Assembly (NCBI GenBank): GCA_038087875.1
Contig: CM075993.1
Coordinates: 2,358,001 to 2,422,000 of the forward strand
From: Malacoraja senta
Taxonomy: Eukaryota
Direction of reading: 5' to 3'
DNA length: 64,000 nt
In this document: positions 35,993 to 49,140 of the stretch, one piece after another
How positions within the stretch are numbered: position 1 is the first letter of the stretch
Layout of the letters: each line of letters opens with the position of its first letter
Translations under genes and position numbers: made by a program
Notes under the pieces: generated by a model
What the model was told of the DNA's origin: nothing
Databases searched by the model: none
Seen by the model: only the letters and a program-made list of their open reading frames with translations

Positions 35993-36611
35993 AATAAAGG
36001 GGTTGACTTCAAAGTGCAAATGACCCCACGAGGGTAAAACGCTGATTAAAACCTGAACCACGCGATTTTTATTTTTTATATATTTTTTGCGCGCAGAATT
36101 AAAGTTCCTCAGAACTTCACCAACAATCTAGCGGCCTCACTCGTTTTTTTTTTTGAAGGGTAGTTTTATGTCTATCACCTTGGTAAACATAGAGATTCTT
36201 CCCCTCAACCCGCTACGGTAGAAGGATTGGCGACGCTGAAAGAACCTAAAAGAAATGAGGGCGAATTCTCCATCATTAATGGTTGTACAACAGCGATTAC
36301 AAGGCTTTAACCTTGTCTGTGTGTTCAGATGATATGATCAACGGCGGTGGCAAGTTGTCAATAATTTATAGTTGTCATCTGAATCCAGAGGTGAGTTTCC
36401 ATTTTTACCACCCCAACCAGTCCCGAAATAGCACTTGCTCATATTGACACACAAGCTCAATACTTTCAGGCGAAATTAGTATCTGCTATTTTAACAGAGC
36501 TCATTGAATCTGCTTATTTAATCGACATTGTTTCCCTGTCTTTAAAACACATCATCCATTTGGTGTGTATTGGCAAACATTGGCAATCTCTCGCACATGG
36601 TATAATGGGTC

Positions 36612-36820
36612 GGAAGGAACTGCAAGATGCTGTTTACACCGAAGATAGACACAAAATGCTGGAGTAACTCAGCGGGACAGGCAGCATCTCTGGAGAGAAG
36701 GAATGGGTGACGTTTCGACTCTCAGTCTGAAGAAGGGTCTGGACCCGAAACGTCACCCATTCCTTCTCTCCGGAGATGCTGTCTGTCCCGCTGAGTTACT
36801 CCAGCATTTTGTGTCTATCT
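36612..36820. mobile_element. Penelope-derived fold-back element with an intact hammerhead core
   Basis: Inverted arms around CTGAAGAAGGGTCTGGACCCGAAACGTC (36727-36754). Confidence 0.75.
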
Positions 36821-37411
36821 ACAGGGTATAATGGGTTAGACTCAACATATCACACTTCTTAACGAAATGCAACCCGACAAAACGATTGCTAACATTACAC
36901 GAAAGACCGAAACACTTGAAATGCGCTGAAGAAGACAGGATAGAGGCACAACAGGTAGTGGAATCTGGAACAAAAACAAACTGCTGGAAGAACTCCACGG
37001 GTGGAGCAGCGTTGATTGAGTCTTGATGTAGAGTCCGGACCCGAAACGTCGACCAGAGCTCTCCCTCCACAGATGCTGCCTGACCCATTGAGTTCTTAGA
37101 AGAAAAGTTGATTTGCACAATAAAGAATTAAAAAAACTGCACACAACTTATATATGAACTGCCCTTGGAAGTTGTGTACCACAAAAACTGCAGTTGTTAT
37201 TGCACCTCACGGGAAGACTTTAGCGAGGGAAATGGACCCTGGTAGACAAAGTATTCAGGGGAATGAGGGTTGGGCAGACACGAGGTTACAAATCCATGCC
37301 AGCGAAGCGTAGAGTGGAAGAGAGTTCCCACAAGATCTGGGCACCCCAATACCTGTTAGTCTATGGACTAACGATACAGCACTTTTCATTAAAAAAGTAT
37401 TGTCATGTCTT

Positions 37412-38138
37412 CTGGGTGTCATGGTACACCAGTCATTGAAAGTGGGCATGCAGGTGCAGCAGGCAGTGAAGAAAGCGAATGGTATGTTAGCATTCATAGC
37501 AAAAGGATTTGAGTATAGGAGCAGGGAGGTTCTACTGCAGTTGTATAGGGTCTTGGTGAGACCACACCTGGAGTATTGCGTACAGTTTTGGTCACCAAAT
37601 CTGAGGAAAGACATTCTTGCCATAGAGGGAGTACAGAGAAGGTTCACCAGACTGATTCCTGGGATGTCAGGACTTTCATATGAGAAAAGACTGGATAGAC
37701 TTGGCTTGTACTCGCTGGAATTTAGAAGATTGAGGGGGGATCTTATAGAAACTTACAAAATTCTTAAGGGGTTGGACAGGCTAGATGCAGGAAGATTGTT
37801 CCCGATGTTGGGGGAGTCCAGAACAAGGGGTCACAGTTTAAGGATAAAGGGGAAATCTTTTAGGACTGAGATGAGAAAAACATTTTTTACACAGAGAGTG
37901 GTGAATCTCTGGAATTCTCTGCCACAGAATGTAGTTGAGGCCAGTTCATTGGCTATATTTAAGAGGGAGTTAGATGTGGCCCTTGTGGCTAAAGGGATCA
38001 GTGGGTATGGAGAGAAAGCAGGTACAGGATACTGAGTCGGATGATCAGCCATGATCATATTGAATGGCGGTACAGGCTCGAAGGGCCGAATGGCCTACTC
38101 CTGCACCTATTTTCTATGTTTCTATGTTTCTATGTTTC
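37412..38138 (+). mobile_element. Young CR1 LINE, 5'-truncated
   Basis: Open RT C-terminal ORF to 38035 and a (TTTCTATG)n tail. Confidence 0.92.
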
Positions 38139-38260
38139 TTTTGAGACTAGACATAACATATTTTTTGCCTGTCACTTACGCTTTATCCTGGTAAATATAC
38201 TCGATTATCATAAGATTCAGCTGGTGTCGGGACATCCTCAATAGATCCAATAAATAAATA

Positions 38261-38393
38261 TTCTTCTTCTTCTTCTTGCGTATGGCGTGCACGGCCTAAA
38301 GTTGTTGGTCAACTTGTTCTATTTGATCTTGTTTGTGCACGTCGGGTTGATTGCATTAGTCGTGACCACGTGAAGGTTGCAATCTCCCACCCC
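38261..38393 (-). mobile_element. HDV-like-ribozyme-headed short retroelement, copy 3 (P1' strand deleted)
   Basis: TSD AATAAATAAATA (38249-38260 / 38394-38405). Starts GGGGTGGGAGATTGCAACCTTCACGTGGTC and has a (GAA)5 tail. Confidence 0.85.
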
Positions 38394-38754
38394 AATAAAT
38401 AAATAAAATCAATGGATATCGTGGTGTTATCCGCACTGCCAGGGGTGGTGCTGGAAGCTGATACCACACTGGCATTTAAAACGCCTTTAGGTATACACCT
38501 GGATGCACAGGAAATGGTGGGCTATAGAGGAGATTAGGTTACCTTGACATCATCTTCAGTGCAGGCTGTGGGCCAAATGACCAGTTCATGTATATTCTAC
38601 CTTCCATGTTAAATAATAATTCCATTGATACAATGCCATCTGAAATTATGAGAACATCAGTAATATCACAATTTAGAACTATGATCAGCAAAATATCAAA
38701 ATCAAAATCAAAACAATATTTTTTGTTTCTGCCATCTAATTCATATTTTATCTT

Positions 38755-39078
38755 GTTTAAGAAGGAACTGCAGATGCTGGAAAATCGAAGGTAGACAAAA
38801 GTGCTGGAGAAACTCAGCGGGTGCAGCAGCATCTATGGAGCGAAGGAAATAGGCAACGTTTCGGCCCGAAACCCTTCTTCTATGGAGCAAAGGAAATAGG
38901 CAACGTTTCGGCCCGAAACCCTTCTATGGAGCAAAGGAAATAGGCAACGTTTCGGCCCGAAACCCTTCTTCTATGGAGCAAAGGAAATAGGCAACGTTTC
39001 GTCCCGAAACGTTGCCTATTTCCTTCGCTCCATAGATGCTGCTGCACCCGCTGAGTTTCTCCAACACTTTTGTCTACC
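38755..39078. mobile_element. Penelope-derived fold-back element with tandem ~45-bp units
   Basis: 14-bp TSD TCATATT(T/A)TATCTT (38741-38754 / 39079-39092). Tandem units are followed by an inverted arm. Confidence 0.8.
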
Positions 39079-40729
39079 TCATATTATATCTTATTATTTA
39101 CACATAACCCAGCACTGAGTTCTCACAAGTTCAATCTGATTACTAGTTATTGCAAACACAGTTAATAGTTTTTTTCACAATTTAGACCATGTTTATTTAG
39201 TTAAATTTAGAGATCCAGCGTGGAAACAGGCCCTTTGTCCCACTGAGTCCACGCTGGCCAGCGATCACCTATTCGCTACACGGGCTCTAAGTTTCACATC
39301 CACATCCTACACCCGAGGGGCAATTTTACCGAGGCCCATTCACCAACAAGCCTGCACGTCTTTGGAATGTGGGAGAAAACCGGAGCACCCTGAGATAACC
39401 CATGTGGTCACAGGGCGAACGTGCAAACTCTGCACAGGCGGCACCCGTGGTCAGGGTTGAACCGTTGTTTAAGAAGGAACTGCAGATGCTGGAAAATCGA
39501 AGGTAGACAAAAATGCTGGAGAAACTCAGCGGGTGCAGCAGCATCTATGGAGCGAAGGAATTAGGCAACGTTTGAAGAAGGGGTTCGGGCCGAAACGTTG
39601 CCTATTTCCTTCGCTCCATAGATGCTGCTGCACCCACTGAGTTTCTCTAGCATTTTTGTCTACCGTCACTGCAGGGTTGAACCCCTGGGTCTCTGCGCTG
39701 TGAGGCAGCAACCACACTGCTGCGCCACTAGGCTGTCCCCAGTTTCTGTTTGTTAAAGCATGCAAGCAGTTTAGGATATAGCTTTGGAATATGTTGCGAC
39801 AGCTCTTGGTGTGAACGTGTATCACTTTTTTTCAATCATGCTTTACCCAGCTGATTAATCTTGAATCACATGATTGTAAAGCTAGTCTGTGGTGTAATGA
39901 GTCACACACAATTTCAGTGTGGTACATTGCATCACCTCCTCTTCATGTTGTACCAACTGCAGGGTGTAGTGTGTGGGTAGCCCGCAATTTCTTTGATGTA
40001 AATGGGAAGCATGTTTAGTTCATTTATTCCCAACATGGGAATGGAAAGACTTCAGTGAAGCCTTCAGATTAATTACAGGAGCCAGACCTGTGTAAAGATA
40101 TATGTTTAAGAAGGAACTGCAGATGCGGGAGTTAGATGTGGCCCTTGTGGCTAAAGGGATCAGGGGGTATGGAGAGAAGGCAAGTACAGGATACTGAGTT
40201 GGATGATCAGCCATGATCATATTGAATGGCGGTGCAGGCTCGAAGGGCCGAATGGCCTACTCCTGCACCTATTTTCTATGTTTTTATGTGTCTATGCTGG
40301 AAAATCGAAGGTAGACAAAAAATGCTGGAGAAACTCAGCGGGTTGAGGCAGCATCTATGGAGCGAAGGAAATAGGCAACGTTTCGGGACGAACCCCTTCT
40401 TCAAACGTTGCCTATTTCCTTCGCTCCATAGATGCTGCTGCACCCGCTGAGTTCCACCAGCATTTTTGTCTACCTAAAGATATATGTTGCCACTTCATTG
40501 TGGTACTTCTCCTTATCGAGCCCACACACAAGATTAGAAGTTGTTCAGCCAGAGCTGAACACACTTCTCGGCATCTGCACAGTGCTTCTTGTGTGTGGTG
40601 GTGGAAAGATTGGTGGAAACAGGGCCGCGACGTGAACGCTCCTTCCTTGACCCCATTGTGGTACCGAGGGAGTGCTGCACAGTTGGACACAGACAGTATA
40701 TTCTCTCCCAGTGAATATTAAAGACCTTA

Positions 40730-41086
40730 AGGGCCTGTCCCACTTACGCGACCTTTACAGGCGACTGCCGGCACCCGTGATAGATCACCGAAAGTTTCAA
40801 CATGTTGAAAATTCAGCGGCGACCAGAAAGGCGCTACGACTCTTTGGAGACCTCTCACAACCATAGGAGACCTCTCACGACCATAGGAGACCTCTCACGA
40901 CCATAGGAGACTTCTCACATCCATACAGCCTGCGTGGTCGTGAGAGGTCTCCTATGGTCGTGAGAGGTCTCCAAAGAGTCGTAGCGTCTATCTGGTCGCT
41001 GCTGAATTTTCAACGTTTAAAATTTCGGCGACCTACCACGGGTGCCGGCAGTCGCCTGTAAAGGTCGCGTAAGTGGGACAGGCCCT
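40730..41086. mobile_element. Fully palindromic MITE (PIF/Harbinger-like) with internal 20-bp tandem repeats
   Basis: TIR AGGGCCTGTCCCACTTACGCGACCTTTACAGGCGACTGCCGGCACCCGT, TTA on both flanks, internal (CCATAGGAGACCTCTCACGA)n. Related copy at 51654-51967. Confidence 0.85.
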
Positions 41087-44000
41087 TTAAGGTTCCTTGC
41101 GAAGGAAATCAAGGGAGTTATTTTGTCGGCGGCACTGTGGAGCAGCGGGTAGAGCTGCTGCCTCACAGCTCCAGAGACCCGGGTTCAATCCTAACCTCAG
41201 GTGCTATCTGTGTGGAGTAAGAGATAGCACCTGAACGAGTCCGTGTGTTCTGGTTTCCTCCCACATCATGGGTTCATAGGCTAATTGGCATCTGTAACAT
41301 TGAGGGAGCAGATGAGAAGGTAGAACTATTGCGAATGGGTGATCGATGGTTGGCATGTACTCAGTCGGCTTAAGGGCCTGTATCCATGCCGTGTCGTTCA
41401 ATCAATCAATCCTCCTCAGTTCACCCAACATCCCCTAAACCGTTGAAAGCTGAAACATTGGTCAATTTTCCACTTGTTAACCAAAAAGCACTGAGAAGGA
41501 AACCAGGGCAATTCCTACCCCAGATTAAATCATCCAGTCAGCACACAATAGGAATGACTTTCCTCCATTTAAACAAAGACACCTCACAAAATATCAGTTT
41601 ATTCCTTAGACTTGACTCCAGCTTTTAAGGCATTTCAAGACTTTATTTCACAATGCAGAACTCACCCCTGGTTTTGAATTAATTTTAACAGTTCATTCTT
41701 AGCTTCTTATCATATCATAGTAGCAGAATTAGGCCATTCGGCCCATCATGTCCACTCTGCCATTCAATCATGGCTGATCTATCTCTCCCTCTCAATCCCA
41801 TTCGCCTGCCTTCTCCCCATAAACCCCTGACACCCGCACTAATCAAGACAATCAAAGGGTGTTCCAGAATGGTAATTTTCTATGAACATTTTAACATAGG
41901 TGAGAATAATTGTCTTCATGTTTCAGTAATAGAATATTCAAAGGGAATAATAAGAGTGGAACCACGCATATTCACGGAAAATCATTCCATACAGATTGTA
42001 TCTGTTCTCACTGCAGAAGCTGTGAAGTGCAGTCAATATTTAGTTATGTTGCCTCTCCCTTTGTCATTCTCGATATTTTGTTTTGTTAATGCAATAATTA
42101 AAAAAAAATGTTCTCAAGTTTAGGTGACGTGATGTTTGTATTTGTGTCCAGCTATTCCTGCTGTTGTTTTTCTAATATTAAGTAGCTTGATTCATATGGG
42201 TGGCATAGTGGTGCAGAGGGGCAGCATGGTGGCGCAGTGGTAGAGTTGCTGCCTTACAGCGCCAGAGACCCGAGTTCGATTCTGACTACGGGTGCTGTCT
42301 GTACGGAGTTTGTACGTTCTCCCCATGACCTGCATGGGTTTCCTCCCACACTCCAAAGACGTACGGGTTTGTAGGGTAATTGGCTTGGTATAAAATGTAA
42401 TTGTTCCTAGTGTGTGTAGGATAGTGTGGGGATCGCTGCTCGGCATAGACTCAGTGGGCCGAAGGGCCTGTTTCCGTGCTGTATCTCTGAACTAAACTAA
42501 ACATTCAGATTGAAGGAAAGCAGGCCAACATTTGACCTTCTATTAGTGCCCTCTGAATTTGAATTAAAAGGTTTCCATGGTTTTTCTAGGTTCCATCTCC
42601 CCACACAGATGTACACTGGAACTTTGGTACTCCCTTAATGAGAAATTATATTAATAACCTACCTGATAATTTGTCCGTATATCGGTATGTTATATTCAAT
42701 GCCGGGTTGAATATAGGGGGTGGCATAGCTGGCACAGCTGGATTAGCTGCTGCCTCACAGCACCGTGTACATGGATAGGACAGGTTTAGAGAGATATGGG
42801 CCATATGCAGGTAGGTGGGACTAGTGTCGCTGGAGCATGTTGGTCAGCATAGGCAAGTTGGGCCGAAGGGCCTGTTTCCATGCAGTATGTTTCTATGACT
42901 CCATGACTGATAACCTTTGTCCAAAGTTATCAGTTTCAATATGTGTGTGCCTAGCTGAAGAAGGGTCTTGCCCCGAAACCGCCTATCCATGTTCTCCAGA
43001 GATGCTGCCCGACCTGCAGAGTTACCCTGGCATTTTGTATTCTTAGTTCAGAGAAGCAGCATGGAAACAGGCCCTTTGGTCCACCGAGTCCATGCCAACC
43101 ACCGATCACACTTTCACACTATTTCTAGTGTTATCCCACTTTTGCATCCACTCCACTCCCTACACACTAGGGGACAATTTACAGAAGGGCCAATTAATCT
43201 ACAAACCCGCATGTCTTTCGGATGTGGGAGGAAACCGGAGCACCCGGAGAAAACCCACGCGGTCACGGGGAGAACGTGCAAACTCCACACAGAGAGCACC
43301 CAAAATCAGGAATGAACCCAGGTCTCTGGAGCTGTGAAGCAGCAACTCCTCAGCTGTTTCACCGTGTCGCCCAGCGTAAGATATGCAAGATTCCAGCATC
43401 GCCAGTTCCCTATGTCTCCATTGTACCTAACTTTGATGATGCCTCAAGGAAGCATATCATTTGACTTGAACGGCTGTCAGTGATTACGGGGAGAAGGCAG
43501 GAGAATGGGGTTAGGAGGGAGAGATAGATCAGCCATGATTGAATGCCGGAATAGACTTGATGGGCCGAATGGCCTAATTCTGCCCCCATTGCTTATGATC
43601 TTATGACCAACATTTGGTCATCTTAAAATAGCTACATAAATTATATAATCATAAGTCATTAGAAGCCAGACCAATTCATTTTGCTTATTCCTGTTAGGAA
43701 TTGGTGTATTTATACATAGAGAACGACCCATAGACTAACACTGTTGGCAATGAGATGTTTCCCTCTGTCATTATATTTATTGCACTTTATCTGTTCAGAG
43801 CTGTCTTCTGTGTTTTAAATGGGTATATACGTATCCTCTGGTGTCTGTTTTAGAGGGCATTGCAACTGTTGTGAACAATATGAATTCTGTCCACTTATTT
43901 ATTTCAATCCCCAGCCGTAACAGCGCTGACTGAGATAAATATCATTTGTTCAAACTGTGAAATGGTTGGAACAGATGCATTACGATGGCATTTTAGTCCA

Positions 44001-46693
44001 TTTGTAGTCTGTAATGTGGGGAAGTCAAAACAACTGAGAATGTAGACCTTAGACAATGGCTGGTGACACTGAACACATAACATATTATGATTGATAACAT
44101 ATCTAATGGATATTTTTGTTGATGTGGAAATTTAGATTGATGGGCCTTGAGTGTAAGTAGCTGTTATTTCCTTATAGCTACCAGGGATGCCACTTTTTTT
44201 TTCTTCTTCATTCACAAGATGTGCGCTTTGCTGGCTAAGGTAGCTCATTTCTAAACACTTGGTCTAAACACACCAAGTGTTAATTTTTTGGCTGCTACAT
44301 TGCTGTAGCCTGCAGTTGAATGTAGGCCCTCACTGAGAAAGGATATCCTGCCTAAATTCTGAAAGGTATTAATAAATTAAGTCTTTTTTTTTAAAGCAAT
44401 CTTATTTTCAAGAGAAGGAGGATACACGTTTAAGGTGAGAGCGGAATGATTTAATAGGTACCTGAAGGGCCACTTTTTTTACACAGAGTGTGGTGGGTGT
44501 ATGGAACGAGCTGCCAGAGGAGGTAGTTGAGGCAGATATTTAAGAGAGAGTTAGATGTGGCCCTTGTGGCTAAGGGGATCAGGGGGTATGGAGAGAAGGC
44601 AGGTACGGGATACTGAGTTGGATGATCAGCCATGATCATATTGAATGGCGGTGCAGGCTCGAAGGGCCGAATGGCCTACTCCTGCACCTATTTTCTATGT
44701 ATCTATGTATCTATGTATATGATCACGTTTAATAAATGTTTGGACAGGTACGTGGAAAGGATAGGTATAGAGAGATATGGGGCAAAAATGAAAACGGGTG
44801 CAACTAGTATAGATAGGGCATGTTGATCGGTGTGGGCAAGTTGAGCCAAAGGGCCTGTTTCCATGCTGTATCACACTATGACTAAAATAAATAATATCTA
44901 GAAATGTACAGCTCATTCCTTACACCCACCATCTCTGTATGAAAACCTTTTTCATGGAGGGAGGTGGATATATGGACCAAGCTGCTAGAGGAGATGGTTG
45001 AAGTAGGTACTATAACTGCATTTAAAAGACATTGAGACTGGTAGGAAAGGTTTAGACGGATATGGGCCAAACGGGGGTAGGTGTTAGTTAACGGAGATGG
45101 GGCAAGTTGGTCGGCATGGGCTTGTTGGGCCGAAGGGCCTGTTTCTGTGCTGTATGGCTCAATCTCATAGTTTCATGCTCACCATTACTGATATGAAAAT
45201 GTATTTAATTCACTGAATGTAAAGTCACCATTAGTCATTATAAGTCCAAAAAACAAAACCAGGATGTTGACACAAGAGATGGCAGATAATGGAATCTGGA
45301 GCAATGTATAACCTTTTGGAAGAGCAAAATGGGTCGGGCAGCATCTGTGGAGGTAAATGACAACAATCAAAATATTGGGTTGTGACTCTTCATTTGCAGT
45401 AGTCTAGATGAAGGGGTCCCGACCCAAAACATTGACTGTCCATTTCCCTCCACTGATGCTTCACGACCCACTGAGTTCCTCCGGCAGATTGTTTGCTTGT
45501 TTAACTGCAATGTTACTTCTCCAGAGTTGGAGAACAGTATCATGTTTGAAAATCTGGGATGACAATAACTGCAGTAAAAATTTAGTTTAATTTAGTTTAG
45601 AGATACAACGTGGAAACATGCCCTCCGGCCCAATGAATCCACGCTGACCATCTATCAACTGTTCACACTAGTTCTATGTCATCTCACTTTCGCGTCCTAC
45701 ACGCTAGGGGCAATTTGCAGAAGATAGTTAAAATACAATCCTGCATGTCTTTGGAATGTGGGATGAAACCAGTGCACCTGGAGGAAACCCATGTGGCCAT
45801 ACAGTCATAGAATTATACAGCGTGGAAACAGGTCCTTTGGCTCAACTTTCCAATGCGTCCAACAAGCCCCATCTACACTAGTCCCACCTGCTCGTGTTTG
45901 GCCCATATCCCATGAAACCTATCCTATCCATGTACCTGTCTAAATGCCTCAGGGAGAAAGCACAATCTCCACACATACAGCACCACAGTCAGGAGCAAAC
46001 CCATGTCTCTGCCGTTCCTGTGCTGTACTGTTCTAAGTTCTATTATTCAGTCTCCCTGCTAGCTGTTGGGAGACACTGACACATATCCAAGGAATCTTTG
46101 TCACGGAATGTGACTTCACCTCCATTCTGCATCATCATGGCACATCTTTGGGTCTTTTGAGTCGTACAGCAAGGAAACAGGTCCTTCAGCCCATCCATTC
46201 CACCTTGCCCAAATCTTCATGGGAAGAATACTGTACTATGAATCAACGTGTACAGTTACTCTTTCAACTATTATGGAGTGGGACTAGAAGAAGAAATGGA
46301 TTGGTCCCATCTCCTGCAGTTCTGCTACACTTGGTAAATATTTCTATCTAGAATCTTTTAATTTACACACAGAGCATTGTATAGACATGTTGTGCAAATT
46401 CTTGTTTACAAAAGTCCAACTAAGAGACAATTAATATTTTACTTGCTACTAATGAGTTGCCTTTATCTCCTACATAATTAATGTGAATTCTTAATGTGAA
46501 AGCTGATGCAAAGTATCTTTCACGCCCTCAGGACAAGCTGTTTTACAATGTGGAAACATGCCCTCCGGCCCACCGGGTCCGCGCCGACCAACTTCAGTCC
46601 TAGGACCCTAGATTCGGTGACATAGAGGCCAATATATCCATTGTCTCCAAGCTAACCCAATGTGCATTACATTAAGATAGGCGCAAAACACTG

Positions 46694-47312
46694 GAAACAT
46701 AGAAACATAGAAAATAGGTGCAGGAGTAGGCCATTCGGCCCTTCGAGCCTGCACCGCCATTCGATATGATCATGGCTGATCATCTAACTCAGTATCCCAT
46801 CCCTGCCTTCTCTCCATACCCCCTGATCCCTTTAGCCACAAGGGCAACATCTAACTCCCTCTTAAATATAGCCAATGAACTGGCCTCAACTAACTTCTGT
46901 GGCAGAGAATTCCACAGATTCACCACTCTATGTGTAAAAAATGATTTTCTCATCTCGGTCCTAAAAGACTTCCCTCTTATCCTTAAACTGTGACCCCTAG
47001 TTCTGGACTTCCCCAACATCGGGAATAATCTTCCTGCATCTAGCCTGTCCAACCCCTTAAGAATTTTGTAAGTTTCTATAAGAACCCCCCTCAATCTTCT
47101 AAATTCTAGCGTGTACAAGCCAAGTCTATCCAGTCTTTCTTCATATGAAAGTCCTGCCATCCCAGGAATCAGTCTGGTGAACCTTCTCTGTACTCCCTCT
47201 ATGGCAAGAATGTCTTTCCTCAGATTAGGAGACCAAAACTGTACACAATACTCCAGGTGTGGTCTCACCAAGACCCTGTACAACTGCAGTAGAACCTCCC
47301 TGCTCTTATACT
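46694..47312 (-). mobile_element. Young CR1 LINE 3' fragment
   Basis: Open ORF 46789-47283, near-identical to the 29398-30033 copy. Confidence 0.92.
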
Positions 47313-49040
47313 CATACTTATACTGGAGTAGCTCAGCAGGTCAGGCGGCATCTCTGGAGAAGAAGAATGGGTGACGTTTTGGGTCGGCACCCTTCTTCAG
47401 ACTCCACAGAGGTGGAGCAGTGAGAGAGGGTCTCGCAGAACTCCCATCCGAGAGAGGGGAGAACTTATTTAAAGTAGGCGTACCTTGAGGAGATTTTGCA
47501 GGGGAGCAGACAAAATGTGTAGGGTGAAACTGGAGATGCTAGTTTATAGCAAAGATAGACACAAAGTGCTGGAGAAACTCAGCGGGTCAGGCAGCATCTC
47601 TGGAGAAAAAGGATGGGTGATATTTTGGGTTGGGTTCTTCAGACTGGGCATGACTCTAATCTCTCTTTACTGTTGTCAGCTCATAGTCCTGCTGTTCACA
47701 GTTCTTCACATGCTCATCCTTGTACTTTTTAGATGTGGTAAACTTTTGCCTCCGTCACCCTTTCAAACAGTTAATTCCATACTCTTACATGTTAAGGCGA
47801 GATGGTAAAGCACCTGTTTCATGCTGGATGGCTCTCTGATTGCATTTCACACCACCTCAGGGACAAGTGGTGGGAGGCTGGTAACATTTTCAATTCGGGA
47901 AAACAAGTTTTCCTGCTGTTACTTTGACATGATATGGGCATATAGACAGAAACCTCAGCTGTGTAAGAATGGATAAGTTATGCTTGGGCTGCATGGCAAC
48001 GATTTCTCACCAAAGGCAGTTTAGTTTAGTTTAGTTTATTGTCATGTGTACCGAGGTACAGTGAAAGGGATTTGTTGCTTGCGGAAGGCCAATACATGAT
48101 TACAATCGAGCCATTTACAGTGTATAGATACATGTTACGGGTTAGTTGCAACAGGGTTAGTTGCATTTAAATCAACAGCAGAAAACACCACTCCATTATA
48201 TAGAACATAGCCCAGTGTACTATAGGAAAGAACTGCAGATGCTGGTTTAAATCGAAGATAGACACAAAATGCTGGCGAGAAGCAATGGGTGACGTTTTGG
48301 GTCGAGACCGTGCATTAGTCTGAAGAATGGTCTCGACCCGAAGCGTCACCCATTCCTTCTCACCAAAGATGCTGCCGGACCTGCTGAGTTGCTCCAGCAT
48401 TTTGTGTCTATCAACTTAAAATGTATTAATTTAGTCATTTCAAATTTATTGATAACTGGAACTGATATTTCTCTGTGTAGCTTCTGATTCTGTCATTTAA
48501 TTATCAAGTGTGAGCAGACTTTGGGATGAGCCTATGTTACACAGCCCAACCAAGGAGGAACTAGGAACAGCATATAAAGATCCCAGCGGGACAGGCAGCA
48601 TCTCTGGAGAGAAGGAGGAATGGGTGATGTTTTGGATCGAAACCCCTCTTCGGACTGCAAGTCAGGGCAGAGAGAAGGAAGAGATATGGAAGGGTAAGGT
48701 GTGGAAATTAGTGTAAGGTCATGTCATAAGTGATAGGAGCAGAATTAGCCATTCGGCCCATCAAGTCTACTCCGTCATTCAATCATGGCTGATTTATCTC
48801 TCCCTCCTAACCCCATCCTCCTGCCTTCTCCCTGTATAACCAAGTGTAAACAAGCATCTGCGGTTCCTTCCTACACATGTAAGGTTCCCTCACTGATAAA
48901 ATAATTGGATTCCCCAGTTTCAGAGGAAACTGAATTTGCTCAAAAGCAGCAACAACCTGTTCAACACTTCCGTCATTCAGTCTGCAGGAACCCCACATGT
49001 CAGATGGAGACAAATTCACGGACAGTTAAAATAATCTGGT

Positions 49041-49140
49041 CAGTCTGAAGAAGGGTCTCGACCCGAAACGTCACCCGTTCCTTCTCTCCAGAGATGCTGC
49101 CTGTCCCGCTGAGTTACTCCAGCATTTTGTGTCTATCTTC
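49041..49140 (+). ncRNA. Predicted minimal type I hammerhead ribozyme motif in a Penelope-derived repeat
   Basis: CTGAAGA-A-GGGTCTCGACCC-GAAAC-GTC (49045-49072). Identical cores at 49606-49633(+), ~31002-31029(-) and ~61759-61786(-). Confidence 0.65.

Noticed and set aside
38830..39000. CRISPR-like regularly repeated units (also 40850-40975)
   Set aside because: No unique spacers and no cas genes in eukaryotic DNA. They are tandem stutters inside transposons. The 38830 units also lack the hammerhead CTGA (read TAGAAGA).
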